This document shows positions 11,324-23,337 of a stretch of 34,183 bases of DNA, piece by piece. Below the pieces are notes generated by a model. The model did no database searches. It worked only from the letters and a program-made list of their open reading frames with translations, and was not told the origin of the DNA. The translations under genes and the position numbers were made by a program. How positions within the stretch are numbered: position 1 is the stretch's first letter; the number at the start of each line of letters is the position of its first letter. Source of the DNA: Vitrella brassicaformis CCMP3155. Taxonomy: Eukaryota > Protista > Chromerida. Location: the NCBI GenBank assembly GCA_001179505.1, contig CDMY01000664.1, positions 1-34,183 on the forward strand. Direction: 5' to 3'.

Positions 11324-14300
11324 ATGGGGGAGAGGACGATAGAGTTCTTCCGCGAGCAGTCAATACTGCTCACTGGGGCAACCGGCACTGTGGGGCAGGT
11401 GCGCACAACACTGAAAAGGCGAACCCCTGCACTGCACACACACCAGTGCTGGCAGGCAGCTGTGCATACCTGTCTGTCCTTTCGTTGTGTGTCGTATTCA
11501 GGTAGTGCTGGAGCGTCTGCTCCGTTGCGCACCTCCCCGACGAGTGTATCTGCTGACCCGCTCCCGCCCCAAAGCTTCAGGCGCTCAGCGCATCCTGGAC
11601 CTGCTGCAACAGCCGCTCTTCTCGGCCGTGCACAGGCTGTGGGAGGGAGAGGGGGAGGGGGAGAGAGAGGCACACACCGGCAGTAGTGGCCCCGCTGCAT
11701 CAGAGTGCACGAGCGGCAGTCGGCATAGCAATCGCTTCTGGCGCGGGAACAGGGGGAGTGGCGCCGAGGTGTGTGGTGTCAGTGGCTGTCGGCCTGCGCC
11801 TTTGTCGACCTGTCGTGGGTGCGCTCGTCGGACGCCCGAAGATGAGATACTGCATAGATTCGGCATACAGGTCATGGACGGAGATCTGCAGAAGGTACTT
11901 TGTGTTTTGGTCTGTCGATGAATGCACAGCACACAAAGGACAGACACCTGGGTCAGTCGCCTCTGTGTGTGTGGTCTGTCAGGATAACCTGGGTCTGTCT
12001 GAGAGTGACCTTGACACACTCAGGGCCAACGTCACGGGTAGGGTAGCAGCCAAGCCAAAAAGAAAGAAAGAGAGCTCTCCATGGCTGTCTGTCTGCTGTC
12101 TGACTGTTTTCCGTGTTGGCGCGTTTCTGGTCGGTCCATCGACCCACCCATCCATCGATTTGTCAGTGGTAGTTAATTGTGCTGCGAGCATCAACTTCGA
12201 CGACCCCTTCCCCCAGCTCTTCGAACAGAACGTCAGCGGAGCCTTGCGCGTCCTGCAGCTGGTGAGTCAGTCAACAATCGCACTGTATCTGATCTGTATG
12301 TCTAGAAGTGAATCCGCTCGTTTGTTCGTTTGCCTGTGGGTGAATACCTACGTGTCAGGCGAGGGCCTGCGATGGCGTTCGGTCTTCAGGGTGTTTCGTC
12401 CATGTGTCGACCGCGTACGCCAATTCTAACAGAAGGTACACGCACACACACACACACACACACAAGCGCCTGGCTGGCTGGCTGGCCGGCCACGTGCCCC
12501 CTCGTGCATTGCCTCCATCAATGTGTGTCGGCGGCTGACATCATTCAGGGGTGTGATTGAGGAGAAGCTCTACGAGTCAGACATCGACCATGAGGTGGGG
12601 CCAGACACACACAAGAGATTCGGCACGAAAGAGCAATCATGCCGCCTGTCCGTCTGTTCTGCTGTCTGTCACTGTGTGTGCAGCATACGTTCAGCGAGCT
12701 GAATCGCACGACCGGCGAGGAACACCAAAGGCTGGCAGAGCAACTCAGAGGTCAGTGCATGGGAGAATGGGGACACCACAACAAGCACGGCAGCCCACTG
12801 CCACTCTCTGTCTGTCTGTCTGTCTGTCTCAGTGCATTACGGTCATCCGAACAACTACACCTTCACCAAGTGGCTGGCCGAGCACCTGATCGGCTCACGC
12901 CACGGCGACCTGCCCACGCTCATCATTCGGCCATCCATCATCGGATCCACTTACAGGACGCCATTCAACGGATGGTCAGTCAAGTCAGGGCACACACTCA
13001 TTGAGGAGTGAGTGGAGTGGAAAGGGAGACAGACCACAGCGGCCATCGCTGTTCTGCTCTCTGCGTGGGTGTGTATGCAGGACGTCAGCTCCGCAAGGTT
13101 TTGGCGCGTTGGTTGCCCTTGGAGCCTTCGGCGCATTCCTCAGGCTCCCCAGCGACGGCAAGGCTATCGGTAGGAAGGAGATGACAGAGGCCGATGCCGG
13201 CCGGGGTTTGTGTCCATCTTGTGTGTGCGTACAGGCGACGTGATTCCCGCTGATTACGTGGCATCGGCGTCACTCAGGGCCACCGTGCAGATGGCAGGTA
13301 TGCTGCGCACGCATGGATGGATGGGCACAGATGGTGTGGGCAATGTCAATGGTTTTGATCCGTCCGTCCGTCCGCCCTTGACCTCCAGGTCGTGTGGGTC
13401 GTTTGGAGGTGATGCATGTGGCGTCATCGCATGCCAACCCTGTCACATGGTCAGTGGCCGTCAGGCACACCCTTGCACCTGTCTGTCTGTCTGTCTGTCT
13501 GCTTCGTGTGCCTGAAAATGTGTGTGTGTGTGTGTGTGTGTGTGCAGGAGTGAGTTGAGCCGCCAGGCTGTCAAGGGTTTTGACAAGTTGCGCATGTACC
13601 AAATCCCACAGCAATACATGATCAGTAAACGCAACACACACGCCACACGGACGGACAGAGAACAGGCAAGCAGCCAACATTGCTCTCTCTGCCTATGTGT
13701 CTGTCTATTTATTTGTCAGGCCCGCGTTGTGTCTACACCTGGTGCTCGTCCTCCTGGAGATACGCTCTCATGCACGTACGTCACGTCGGATTGCACAATC
13801 GGCCACGCGCCAACACAGCAGAGATATCCTAAGTGTGGGTGTCCTGCCTGTTTATCAGGCGTTAGACGATGCGGCCCTTGTGCTGGCTCAGCTGCTGGTG
13901 TCGCTGCTCGGTGTAGTCTTCCCGGCACTGGGCAAACAGGTGGGTGGGGCTCACCCTCCCTGCATGGCACATCCATTTGTGTTGGTTGACGGGGCCGCGT
14001 GTGTGTGCAGCTGTCCAAGCCTGTCAGGTTTCTGTGCCGTCGACAGAATGTGTTGAAGCTGCTGCACCATTTCATCTGCAACCAGTGGATATTCAAAACG
14101 GACAAGGCACGCCAGCAAACACGACGCACGGATCATGTAGATGAGAGGGCGGCAAGGCAAGCATTGTGTTGGTTGGTTCGTCCTTGCAGATCCGAGAGCT
14201 TGCCCACCGCGAGCATGATCCCGATTTCCCCCTAGATGTGGAGAACATCAAGTGGTACGCAGAGAACACAAACATTCCGCTCGGATGCACAATAGATATC

Positions 14301-14750
14301 CTTTCTTGTTCCAGGGAGCCGTGGTGCATCGACTATGTCGAGGGCCTGTGTCGCTACTCCCTCATACCCACACTGGAGCGCATCACCAAACGCGAGAAGG
14401 AGCAGGCCACACACGCCCCAGACAAGCCCACCACCACCACCACCACCCATCGAGACACAGACAGAGATAGGGATTCCCCGTCCAGCACGAGCACCAGCGC
14501 TACCACCACCAGCAGCACGTCCCTGGGCATGTGCAATCCCTGCTGCCAGAGCAGCAACCACCCGCCAGAGAGCCCTCCACCCTCCCCATCGCCCGTGGTG
14601 GAGAGCGATGAGTCATCGGAGGGAAAGGGGAGGAGTGATGGCGCGCCCCTGATGTCCAGCAGGAAGATCAGTGGGACTACCACAGAGGGGGACACGATGG
14701 CGCTGCCGTCGGATGTGAGCAATGACAGCATCGAGCGGGCGTGTTGCTAG
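11324..14750 (+). CDS. FAR: Fatty acyl-CoA reductase (alcohol-forming FAR; NAD_binding_4 + Sterile domain)
   Basis: Motifs: ILLTGATGTVGQVVLERLLR (Rossmann), RVYLLTR, GDLQKDNLGLS, VVNCAASINFD, NVSGALRVLQL, FVHVSTAY, HPNNYTFTKWLAEH (YxxxK), IIRPSIIGSTYRTPFNGW, DVIPADYV, HFICNQWIFKTD, FPLDVENIKW..DYVEGLCRY. Ends in a Ser/Thr/Pro-rich tail and ...RACC*. Confidence 0.93.
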
Positions 14751-15552
14751 TGGTGCTCGCGTGGAGGCCGCCGGCCTTGCTCGACAGCGTGTGAAGAGGA
14801 GGATGGAGTGTGTATGAGAGATACATGCGGAAAGGGCCGAGGGGCTGGTTTTGATCCCGTTTTGATCACGTACGTGCATCTCCCTCTCTGTGTGTGTCCA
14901 CCTGTGATAATTCGAACGGCAGAGAGACAGTTGTCTGTCTGCCTTCTGTCATGTATGTCGATTCTGCCATCTCTCTTGAGTACACACGTGGCTATTTAAT
15001 TCTCTCTCCTCTCTGTATACAGTACGGACTGGAGCACATGTATATACCTGCATGAATTCTGTTAATCACAGATCCATTGAGTGTTGGCCCCCTCTCTCTC
15101 TCCCTCCTCCTCTTCTTACTCACGAGTCTTACTTTCGTCTACGCGTCTCGTCTTTAGTTGTCTGACCGACTGGGCAATTTTTGCGCCAATCTTGGCTTTC
15201 TCCGAACCGTCGGCGAGTCGAGAACTGCATGTATAGCACACGAGGGTGGGTGGTTGGGTGTGCGTGAGTGGGACAAGCATGAGTTGTGGCCACTGAATCA
15301 AGCACGGAGTCACTGACATGACCTAGAGAGCAGCATACTGGGTTTGCGCCTGGGTTGTTGGCGGTTCCAGTGTCACCCTTGATGCGTTGATGGATTGTGC
15401 AAGCAACCAAGCATTATGAGCTCTGTTTGCATTCTCTTGTCCGTGCGCGTCCACTCTCATGCCTCGCTGTCAAGCTCTCCTTTTCGTAAACACATGTCAT
15501 GGGGGCGTCCTGGGGGTTTGCCGTCTCCGAGCTCCTTCTCGAAGCGGAAGCC

Positions 15553-18500
15553 ATGCATCTCTTCGCCTCTTCGCTCCTCGCTTTGCTCGTCGCTTCCGCC
15601 GTCCCGCCCTTCCAAGCAGCCACCGTCTGCAGCGGGCAGCGCAATGAGACAAGTACGCGAAGATTTGCACTGCAATGTGCATCGCAGACCATCTTGCTCG
15701 ATGTCTTTGTACGTGCAGGTGCTGCTCTACGTTCAGTGAGAGGTCCAGATCGGCCGTCGTTCCTTTCCAAGGGCTCCTCGCTCGTCAAAGACGACGCTAG
15801 CTCATCCGGTCCCGAAGAGTTCGAGACTGACAAGTGCGGGCGGTTCATCAATGATCAATGGAACGAGAAAGTGAGCAGCGTCATCCATATATCTTTCTCT
15901 GTGTGCCGGTCTACACGACTCTGTATCTCCGCCTGCCTGTCTGTCTGTCTGTCTGTCTGTCTGCACAGACCTTCACCTGGCAGAAGTGTGAGCAGGCCGC
16001 TCCTTGGGGGATTCTAAAAGACACAGAGACTCTTGTACATCTGTGGTGTGCTGCAATGCAGGCACTTTTGCTCCGTTCGTCGCTTCCCTCTCGGAGCCCC
16101 TGCTATCGTTCAGATACGAACTGGATAGGGAATTCGAGCCCAAGTGGTATTATGGATATCAGCCGGCACCCCTAGGCTATTACGAAGTATGAAAATGGAG
16201 GCACAGGTAAGACATTCGAAGCACTCATGAGTGCACACGCGACCTTCATCCATCGTCACTCTGCTGCTGTCTTGTCGTCGAAACCAGGAACTCTATTGCT
16301 TGTAAGTGGGAATCGACAGGTGCATACGCCTTTCATCCTGCATTGTCATTGGCAGTCTGATGAGCCCTCGTCTGAACTCTAATCCGCCGGGGAGGGAGAA
16401 CGAAGTGATCATCGCGTAGGCGATATAACATGTCATTCTCTGTCGACTCACAGCTTGTCGCTCATCTCAGCGGCTGGCACACCGACCTCGATACACCCCC
16501 CTTGGGTTCCCACGACCCGAAGAGAACACTGGATACGTCTTGGGGCATCTCGTTTTTACGGTAAGCAACTCATGTGTTGTGGCTTTGTATTCCTCCGACT
16601 GAACGTGAGCAGGGCGTCAAAGTGTATATACTCGGCTACGGTAAAAAGCAGAGAAGGCTCTCATTCTGCCCGCAACATCCGATGCCTGTGTCGTGCTTTA
16701 TAGAGATGGCCGCTCAAGTGAGCGTCGGCCGATTTTCAGAGGAATACCAAACCAGGCGCGAGACCATGAATCGACTCTGAGAGCTCGATATCCTCTATTT
16801 CTCCGACTGGTCGGCTGCGCCAGTCGCCAAATCAGAAGCCTCGCTATGCCATGTCTCTCACAACTCTCACAAATCTGTGCAGGGGTTATGCTTCATACAA
16901 GGACGACGATACTGAGTGCTCCTACAAGGTTTGGCATCATCTATTTGTATGTATTATCGGTTCTTCTCTTTGATCTGTGTGAGTCCAGAAGCCAGGTGAT
17001 AACATGGAGGCAATACGGACGGCACACGTAAAGAATGTCATCATCAACAGGGAAATCGCTTATGTTGGCGGTATTTAAAGTTGTGCATTCAGCTGATACA
17101 CTCCGGCAGATTGTATGTGCCTGTTGTAGGGATTGACATTTATACTGACAAACTCCAAACATCTTCACATTACCGCAACCACATGAAGCGGAGATCCGCT
17201 AAGAAGCACCATCATGACACTCAGTGCCGAGTCACTGGCAAAGCGGCTGCGGACATCGCATCTGTGCACATCAATCGGTGCGTTATCTCTTGGTTTCCTC
17301 TGCTGCTGCCTCATGTTCTCTCTGCCCCTTTACCGCCGTTCTGGTGTGTGCCAGATGAAGAAAAGGATGCAAGACCCTCAAAGAAGACTTCGGTGCCTAC
17401 AAGCTTACGAGTCTGTTTGCAGATCGAGAAAAAACCTTCGAATTCATGGTAGACACCATAAGCAGAAAGTTAAAACCACGGTTCTCCTTTGCAGTGCCAA
17501 CCCAACAACTTGCCGCCCACTGCCGACGAGTGGGAAGAAGTTTCGGATGTTCATGAAACTTCACGTGGCGACAGACTCAGGAACATCAATCGCTCTCTAT
17601 TGGGAGACAAATGCGCAAGTGCAACTGGCGCGACAAACGCTGAATGCCGTGCGCTTGTGACTGGCGACTGGTACTGGCTAAGAAATGCAGGCTACTCTTA
17701 TCCCATGTAAGTAGAGCCGACAAGTGTCTCCAACATACACACGGATAAACATTTGTTGTTCGGTGTCTTCTTGTGTATATTCAGCACGACCATTTACGAC
17801 ACCACTCTGAGACTCATCGACGGCGCGGAGAAGGTTTCACTTTATATATATAGAGAGCGCATAGAGGCGCCCTTGGTAATTCCCCTTCTCACCTGGTTGA
17901 TGTCTCTGTCTGTTGCCATCTGTAGTACGTCTACATCGAGAGTCAATACTTTATTTCGAGTGCCTTGGTCAACTGAAAGAGGCAGATCATCGACATGCCT
18001 GACGACTGATGTCTGCTCCCTCTGCTTATCACTTTCAGCGCCCCTTTTCTCCGAACCCAGATGGAATAAGTGATCCGCATGATTTCATACAGCCGAAGTT
18101 CGAGTCGGCCTTCGGTGATTTGGAAGCCGACCTGCCGAAAAGCTGTACGAAGAGCTTTCTTGTCAAGAATCGCCTGGGCAAAGTTCTGTATAAGTAGGTG
18201 AAAGAAGAACTTTGCGATGATAAATGAGTGTTGTTTCTCGATTGTTCAGGCGCATCAAGCGAGCAATCGAGGAAGATGAGAACTTCTCGGTCGTTCTCGT
18301 GACATCAATGTCCGCAGAAGAAGCGATTGTAAGCCACACAGGCGCATGAATGTCTGCTTTGACACAGCTTTATTACCTGCGCGTGCCTTCAGTTGTTTTA
18401 CAACCGATATTTCACCCTCTTTCGTATACTCCGATATCCTACACAGCGGCTGATGGGTGCTCAAAAGGGCTGCATTGTGAATTACTGACCTCAGATAAGG

Positions 18501-20250
18501 ATTGCGAGCTCATTCCGGCCCTGGAGAGAGTTCTGGAGGACACACGCAAGAAGAACGCTAAGACGGGCGCCAGAAAAGCGACCAACAAACAACTGAAAGA
18601 CTACTTTACTGTTCTTTTCCACGTAAGGCGCCTGATTGTTGTGTCTTCCACTTGAGCATGTGTGCGTCGTCGTCTTTTGTACACATCAGGGCCGAGTTGA
18701 CTTTGCCTTGTGAAGTCAGGAACAGAGAGTTGGCTAAGAAGCTTCTTTACGGAACGAGACCAGAGTTCAAGAGTTCGAATGGAGTCATCGTCTTCTACAA
18801 TACATACGTCCACAGCAAGGAAAGAAGGACACTACAATACCATGCATCTCATCATGTGTCTACGCTGATTTCTTCCTCTCTCTCTTCGCGGCTATGTGTG
18901 CAGGCAATGATTGTGGATGGAGAGTATGCGATTGTAAGCAGTAGCGGACGATGAGCTAGCTGCTCAGACGCTGCAAGTGTTTCTTTGTTTTGTTTGTGTG
19001 AAGATTGGCAGCGCCAACATGAATGACCGCTCGATGCTCGGGTCCGGCTTGACTTGTGTGTGCACGACTAGAGTGTGCGCCTTGTCTCTGTGATGGCATC
19101 AGATACATGGACCTCGAGACGGCCATGGAAGTCCGCGGACCGGAGGCCGTCAAGTCGTTCCGCGATCAGCTGTTCAAGCCCAAAGTACACAAGAGGATCG
19201 CTCCAATGTAAGCACTCTCTTTGCGGATCTATGACAAGTCGACACATTCTCGTGCGTTCACCTATGCGTGTCTTTGCAGCTACGCACAGGAACTCCTCGA
19301 TAAGCTCGACAAAAAGCCTCACGAGCTTGCCAAGCTCTTCCACCAATCCACCGAGTTCAACGCAAGAGTCAGCCAAGTTGCACGCATCGACCCGTCTGAG
19401 CGGCTGGGGCTATCCCCTTGTGTCTCCGCCTTGTTCGGGTCCCTTCAGGCCCTTTACGGATTGACGCGAGGCGGACTGACACGTTTCACAATTCTGCCTC
19501 ACGACCCTCTGGACACGAACTTCAAAAAGCAGTACGATTGATGGCGGCACAACAGTCACTGCTTGCATGCTGGTGTTTGGTTTTAGCCGCTCCATCTTTG
19601 AGACGAACTTCACCTGGACGGGTGGAATTTCAAACGAGATTGTCGAGTACGCCCTCTGTGAGCGGCACGATATATGGTCTGCATATGGTGCATTCATGTG
19701 AATGTCTCCTTGGTGCGACCATGCAGGCAACAAGGTCTGGCTGCTACAGCCGGGTGACCAGACTGCGAAGGAAAACCAGCTGCGCGACCGTGTGGAGGCC
19801 ATCAGCCAACTGTTCCCCTGGCACATCTGGTGATGCATTTTTTATGAGAATAGGTGAAGCAGATTTATGTCTATACTTCTGCATCATGTGACTTATCCTT
19901 TATGGAATTTTCCACTGTCCAGCATCTTCGGCAGGAGAGCCGGCAAATACAAGTGAGGATCGACTCGCAAATCGACGCCTGACTGATTCAATAACTGACT
20001 CGCGTCTTTGGTGCTATGTCTCTTGGTTTCTGTCTGCTTGCAGGGCGATGATGGATCGGACGACGATGGATGGCAATGCAACTTATATCGAGATGTCAGA
20101 GGAGGTTTGCCCTCACGACAACGATGCCAATGGCATACAACTGAAGCAGTCAGCTGGAGGAGAACAGGAGAACACCGATTTGTGATTGTGATCGTGATGC
20201 ATGCGCATATACAGCATATACAGATGCAAAAGCTGCCAACCCGGCCAGTT
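15553..20250 (+). CDS. PLD: Phospholipase D (two HKD-type motifs, PLD1/2-like catalytic core) with N-terminal signal peptide; many short exons; 3' end uncertain
   Basis: Stitched exons: MHLFASSLLALLVASA (signal), CTFAPF..PKWYYG..GYYEELYCFL, ENEVIIAGWHTDLD, GVKVYILGYE, AHVKNVIINREIAYVGGID (17022-17135), HHHDTQCRVTGKAAADIA, LIDGAEKYVYIESQYFISS (17926-), VKNRLGKVLYKRIKRAIEEDENFSVVLV, DYFTVLFH, YVHSK|AMIVDGEYAI|IGSANMNDRSMLG|YMDLETAMEV (18805-19140). Several junctions are uncertain. Confidence 0.85.
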
Positions 20251-20948
20251 GTAAGGGAGGACAGCAGAGCAGACGCAAATTGACGTAAAGGATAAGTCAC
20301 AAATGACAAACTGCAGCCCGCATGAAACTTGTGCCCGAATGGGCCGTCCACTCACCATTGATGCGCATCATGGTCGAGTGGCTCGAGCAGTAAGGGTGTT
20401 AAAGATCGAAAACGACGTAAGTACACACATCCACCCCACCGCGGAGACAGATGTATGGATCCCGCACGCCAATGTACATGTCTCTCACATGGCCATTCTA
20501 TCTTTCATCAAGTAGTATTCATCAGCAGTATCGGCAACAAATCTCTGCAGCCTCCGCGACTGCTGATCCCTTCTTTAATCGTCGTCCGGTGTGCGTATTT
20601 TGTATGAGTGACATGTACCTCATCGCTTTGGTAAGCCTATGGCCATGATCGCATGCCGTGCTGTACATTCAATGTTCACACAGACGGAGGAGAAGGTACG
20701 TGTGTGTGTGTGTGTGTGTGGCAGGCACACAGACGGACGCTGATCACGAGCAAACGAAGGCATTCATTGTCGCACTCTCGACGAATTAGTTCCGCGTACA
20801 TATGATAGACACAGACAGACAGAGAATGGTCCACAACGAGTCGGCGCTAGTCGCACTGTACACGCAAATCAGCACACCGTCGAGCTGATCGACCCGCCCG
20901 CCCGCCCGCCCCGTAAGTCAGTGTAGTCAGCCCATTTACGCGTGTCCT

Positions 20949-22615
20949 CTATGTATCGCTCAATGACGAGCAGCGAAGCAGCCCCAGCTGCCGACAGCAT
21001 TCTTGCCCGAACCGTTCATTGTCGAGGAACCGACTAAGTGACCTCTGCGCATCGGCCCGCATGGCGACCATCTCTGGGTCGTCGAACCGCAGGATGGCGG
21101 CCCGCATGCACTCGGCAAACTCAGCTGGCGAGTCGCACAGGAAGCCAATCTGCCGGCCGTCGTTGAGCGACGGGTTGAGAATGTCGTCTCGCGGGCCGCC
21201 CGAGTTATGAGCGATGACCACCAGGCCGGCGGCGAGGAACTCGATGAGCGATATGCCGAAGTGCTCGCTGACCATCGTGTGCACGGCCGCCTTTGCCTGG
21301 TGGAGATCGTGGATCAGTGTGTCCATGGGAGCGTTGAGGTGGAAGTGAACCCGGTCGTCAACACGCCTCTGCCGACACAGTGCCCGCAGCTGGCTCACAA
21401 TCCGCTCGTCGGCCTCGTTGCGCGTCGACCCATAAAGATGCAGCTCAGTGTCCTGGGGAAGATGCAGCTCAGTGTCCTGGGGAAGCGGCGGGCTGTCACT
21501 GTCAGCCAACAGGCGCGCGAAGGCCTCGACTTGCAGTTGGTGGTTCTTCTCTGGCCGGAACTGAGCCACAGACACAATGCGATTCCGCCGGCTGTGCTGC
21601 GGCTGCGGCTGCCCTTTCTGCGGCTGCGGTGGCACTTTGAAGGCCGCCAGGTCGCATGGCGGGTAAACAACCTTGACGGGGACGCCCCAAATGTGTTCGA
21701 TGTGCCGCTGGGTCCATCCTGAGTTGACAACACATCGGTCGGCACACCTGCCTGCCCAGCCGTAGAGCCCGGCCATGAGCCGGTAGTAGGCCACCTTGCT
21801 GCGGGTTAGGGCCTGCGAGGCGGCGATGAAGGCCGCGTTGTTGTAGGCAGCCGTGCGAGAGGCCACAAGAGTCAGCATGTCGGTGCTGATCGTCGGATAA
21901 TGCACATAAGCCGACACCTACATCCACACAGAACAGGTAGGTGCTCAGTCGATGAGTGACTGATGCGGGGGGCGTGCGTGTGGTCGTCTGGTGTGTGTCG
22001 GTCCACCAGTGCACTTACTTTGCATCCGGCGAGGTACTTGGCCACCGGGAATGAGAAGGCAAAGCCCGTGGTGTCGACAAACACCGAGGGGCATCGCTGC
22101 AGCAGGGCCCGCAGGGCGAGCAGTGCCGAGCCAGCGCTCTGCCCCAGCAGAGTGAACCTGGGGTAGCTCCGCGCCTCCACCAGCCAGATCCACCCCACCC
22201 TCACAAACCTGACGCGCGCACACACACACACACACACAGATCGGTTAGTGTTTGTCCATCGCAACACTCATCCACCCATTCCACCCTACTCGATGTGTGA
22301 GCCGAATGCCGTCACATCGATGCCAAATCGCTTCTTGACATGACCAAGGATGTCAGCTGACGAGGCCGGGCTGTGTGTGTAGATCAGCACGGGGCGGGAA
22401 GTCTTGGCTTCAGCCTGATCCTGATGCTGGCAGACGGCTTTGACAATGCACCACAGGACGCGCTCACCGCCGCCTCCCTGGTCGCAGTAGGGATGGAAGA
22501 ACCCAACTGCGTTGCGCCGCCGCGTCAGACCGCACCAGAGGCGAATGGCCACGACGGCGGCTGCACAGATTGATAATGCCACGATGACAGCGTCGATGAG
22601 GATCTTCAAGAGCAT
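20949..22615 (-). CDS. ALG11: GDP-Man:Man3GlcNAc2-PP-Dol alpha-1,2-mannosyltransferase (GT4), 3 exons
   Basis: N-terminal TM, then GFFHPYCDQGGGGERVLW, YPRFTLLGQSAGS, VFVDTTGFAF, AYVHYPTISTDML, NSGWTQRHI, VYPPCD, SVAQFRPEKNH, HTMVSEHFGISLIEFLAAG..HNSGGPRDDI. These are the diagnostic ALG11 motifs. Confidence 0.96.
21435..21485. repeat. Perfect 24-bp in-frame tandem duplication within ALG11 (PQDTELHL x2)
   Basis: aagatgcagctcagtgtcctgggg occurs at 21435-21458 and again at 21459-21482. Confidence 0.95.
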
Positions 22616-22817
22616 CTCTTTGCCCCAGCAGCAGCAGCAGCAGCGGTTTCCCGCACGGCAGGAGCGATCTTCTGCGGGAGAGCGGTTTCACGGAATAGGA
22701 TTTCCACAGTGCGAGCTTGACGTACTAGGCGAAGGCCTCGTCTTCCAAAGGGGAGGTGAGATGACGAAGAGGTTCGTTGAGCACACTGCCTGAGGTAGCG
22801 GCTGCCTGCCTGCCGGG

Positions 22818-23337
22818 GTGACGGCCCTGAGGGTGCCGCTGTTGCTCTTCCTGGAGCAGGCGTGGCGTGCAGTGGCGGGCCTCTTGATCAACAAGGCCTT
22901 GCCCGTCCTCCTGGGCCTCTCATTCCTTATCCTGTCTTTCGCCCTCCTGCTCTCCTTCATCGCTCTTGCCTGGTCAGCCACTCACTCACACAGACAGACA
23001 GACAGACGCAGGCAGACAGGCAAGGAGACCGTCACAGGAGGGGACGTCTGTACTGGTGTTTGTGTCTGCCTGTGTTGTGTTGTGTTGTGGTGACCGTCTC
23101 CTCAGGTATGTGGCGTGGCGCCTGGTGTTCTCCCAGCTGCCGGTGGTCAAGGACGCCCTCTTGCAGCACCACATCCACCAGCAGAAGAAGCAGCAGCAGC
23201 AGCAGCAGCCGCCATTCAGGCCGAGCAGCGACGCCTCCACCTGCTCGTCTGAGTGGTCGCCCAGCACCACGCCCGTGTGCATCAGCCGGGCCTCCTCGCG
23301 CACTCTCTCGCGGGGCGGGAGCGGTGATCGAATCTGA
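22818..23337 (+). CDS. Small 2-exon membrane protein (hydrophobic N-half, poly-Q and Ser-rich tail), function unknown
   Basis: MTALRVPLLLFLEQAWRAVAGLLINKALPVLLGLSFLILSFALLLSFIALAW joins YVAWRLVFSQLPVVKD..QQQQQQ..GDRI* through a phase-2 GT-AG intron containing GACA repeats. Confidence 0.6.

Noticed and set aside
16175-16240. Alternative PLD frame AITKYENGGTGKTFEALM resembling a cardiolipin-synthase NG..TFEAL motif
   Set aside because: It is preceded by an in-frame TAG, and a fully canonical GT-AG path (GYYE|ELYCF|LMS..EVIIA|GW) explains the region better.
15000-20700. Initial idea that the repeat-poor island is a decayed transposon or viral insert
   Set aside because: No RT, transposase, TIR or LTR signal was found, and the exon fragments assemble into a phospholipase D.
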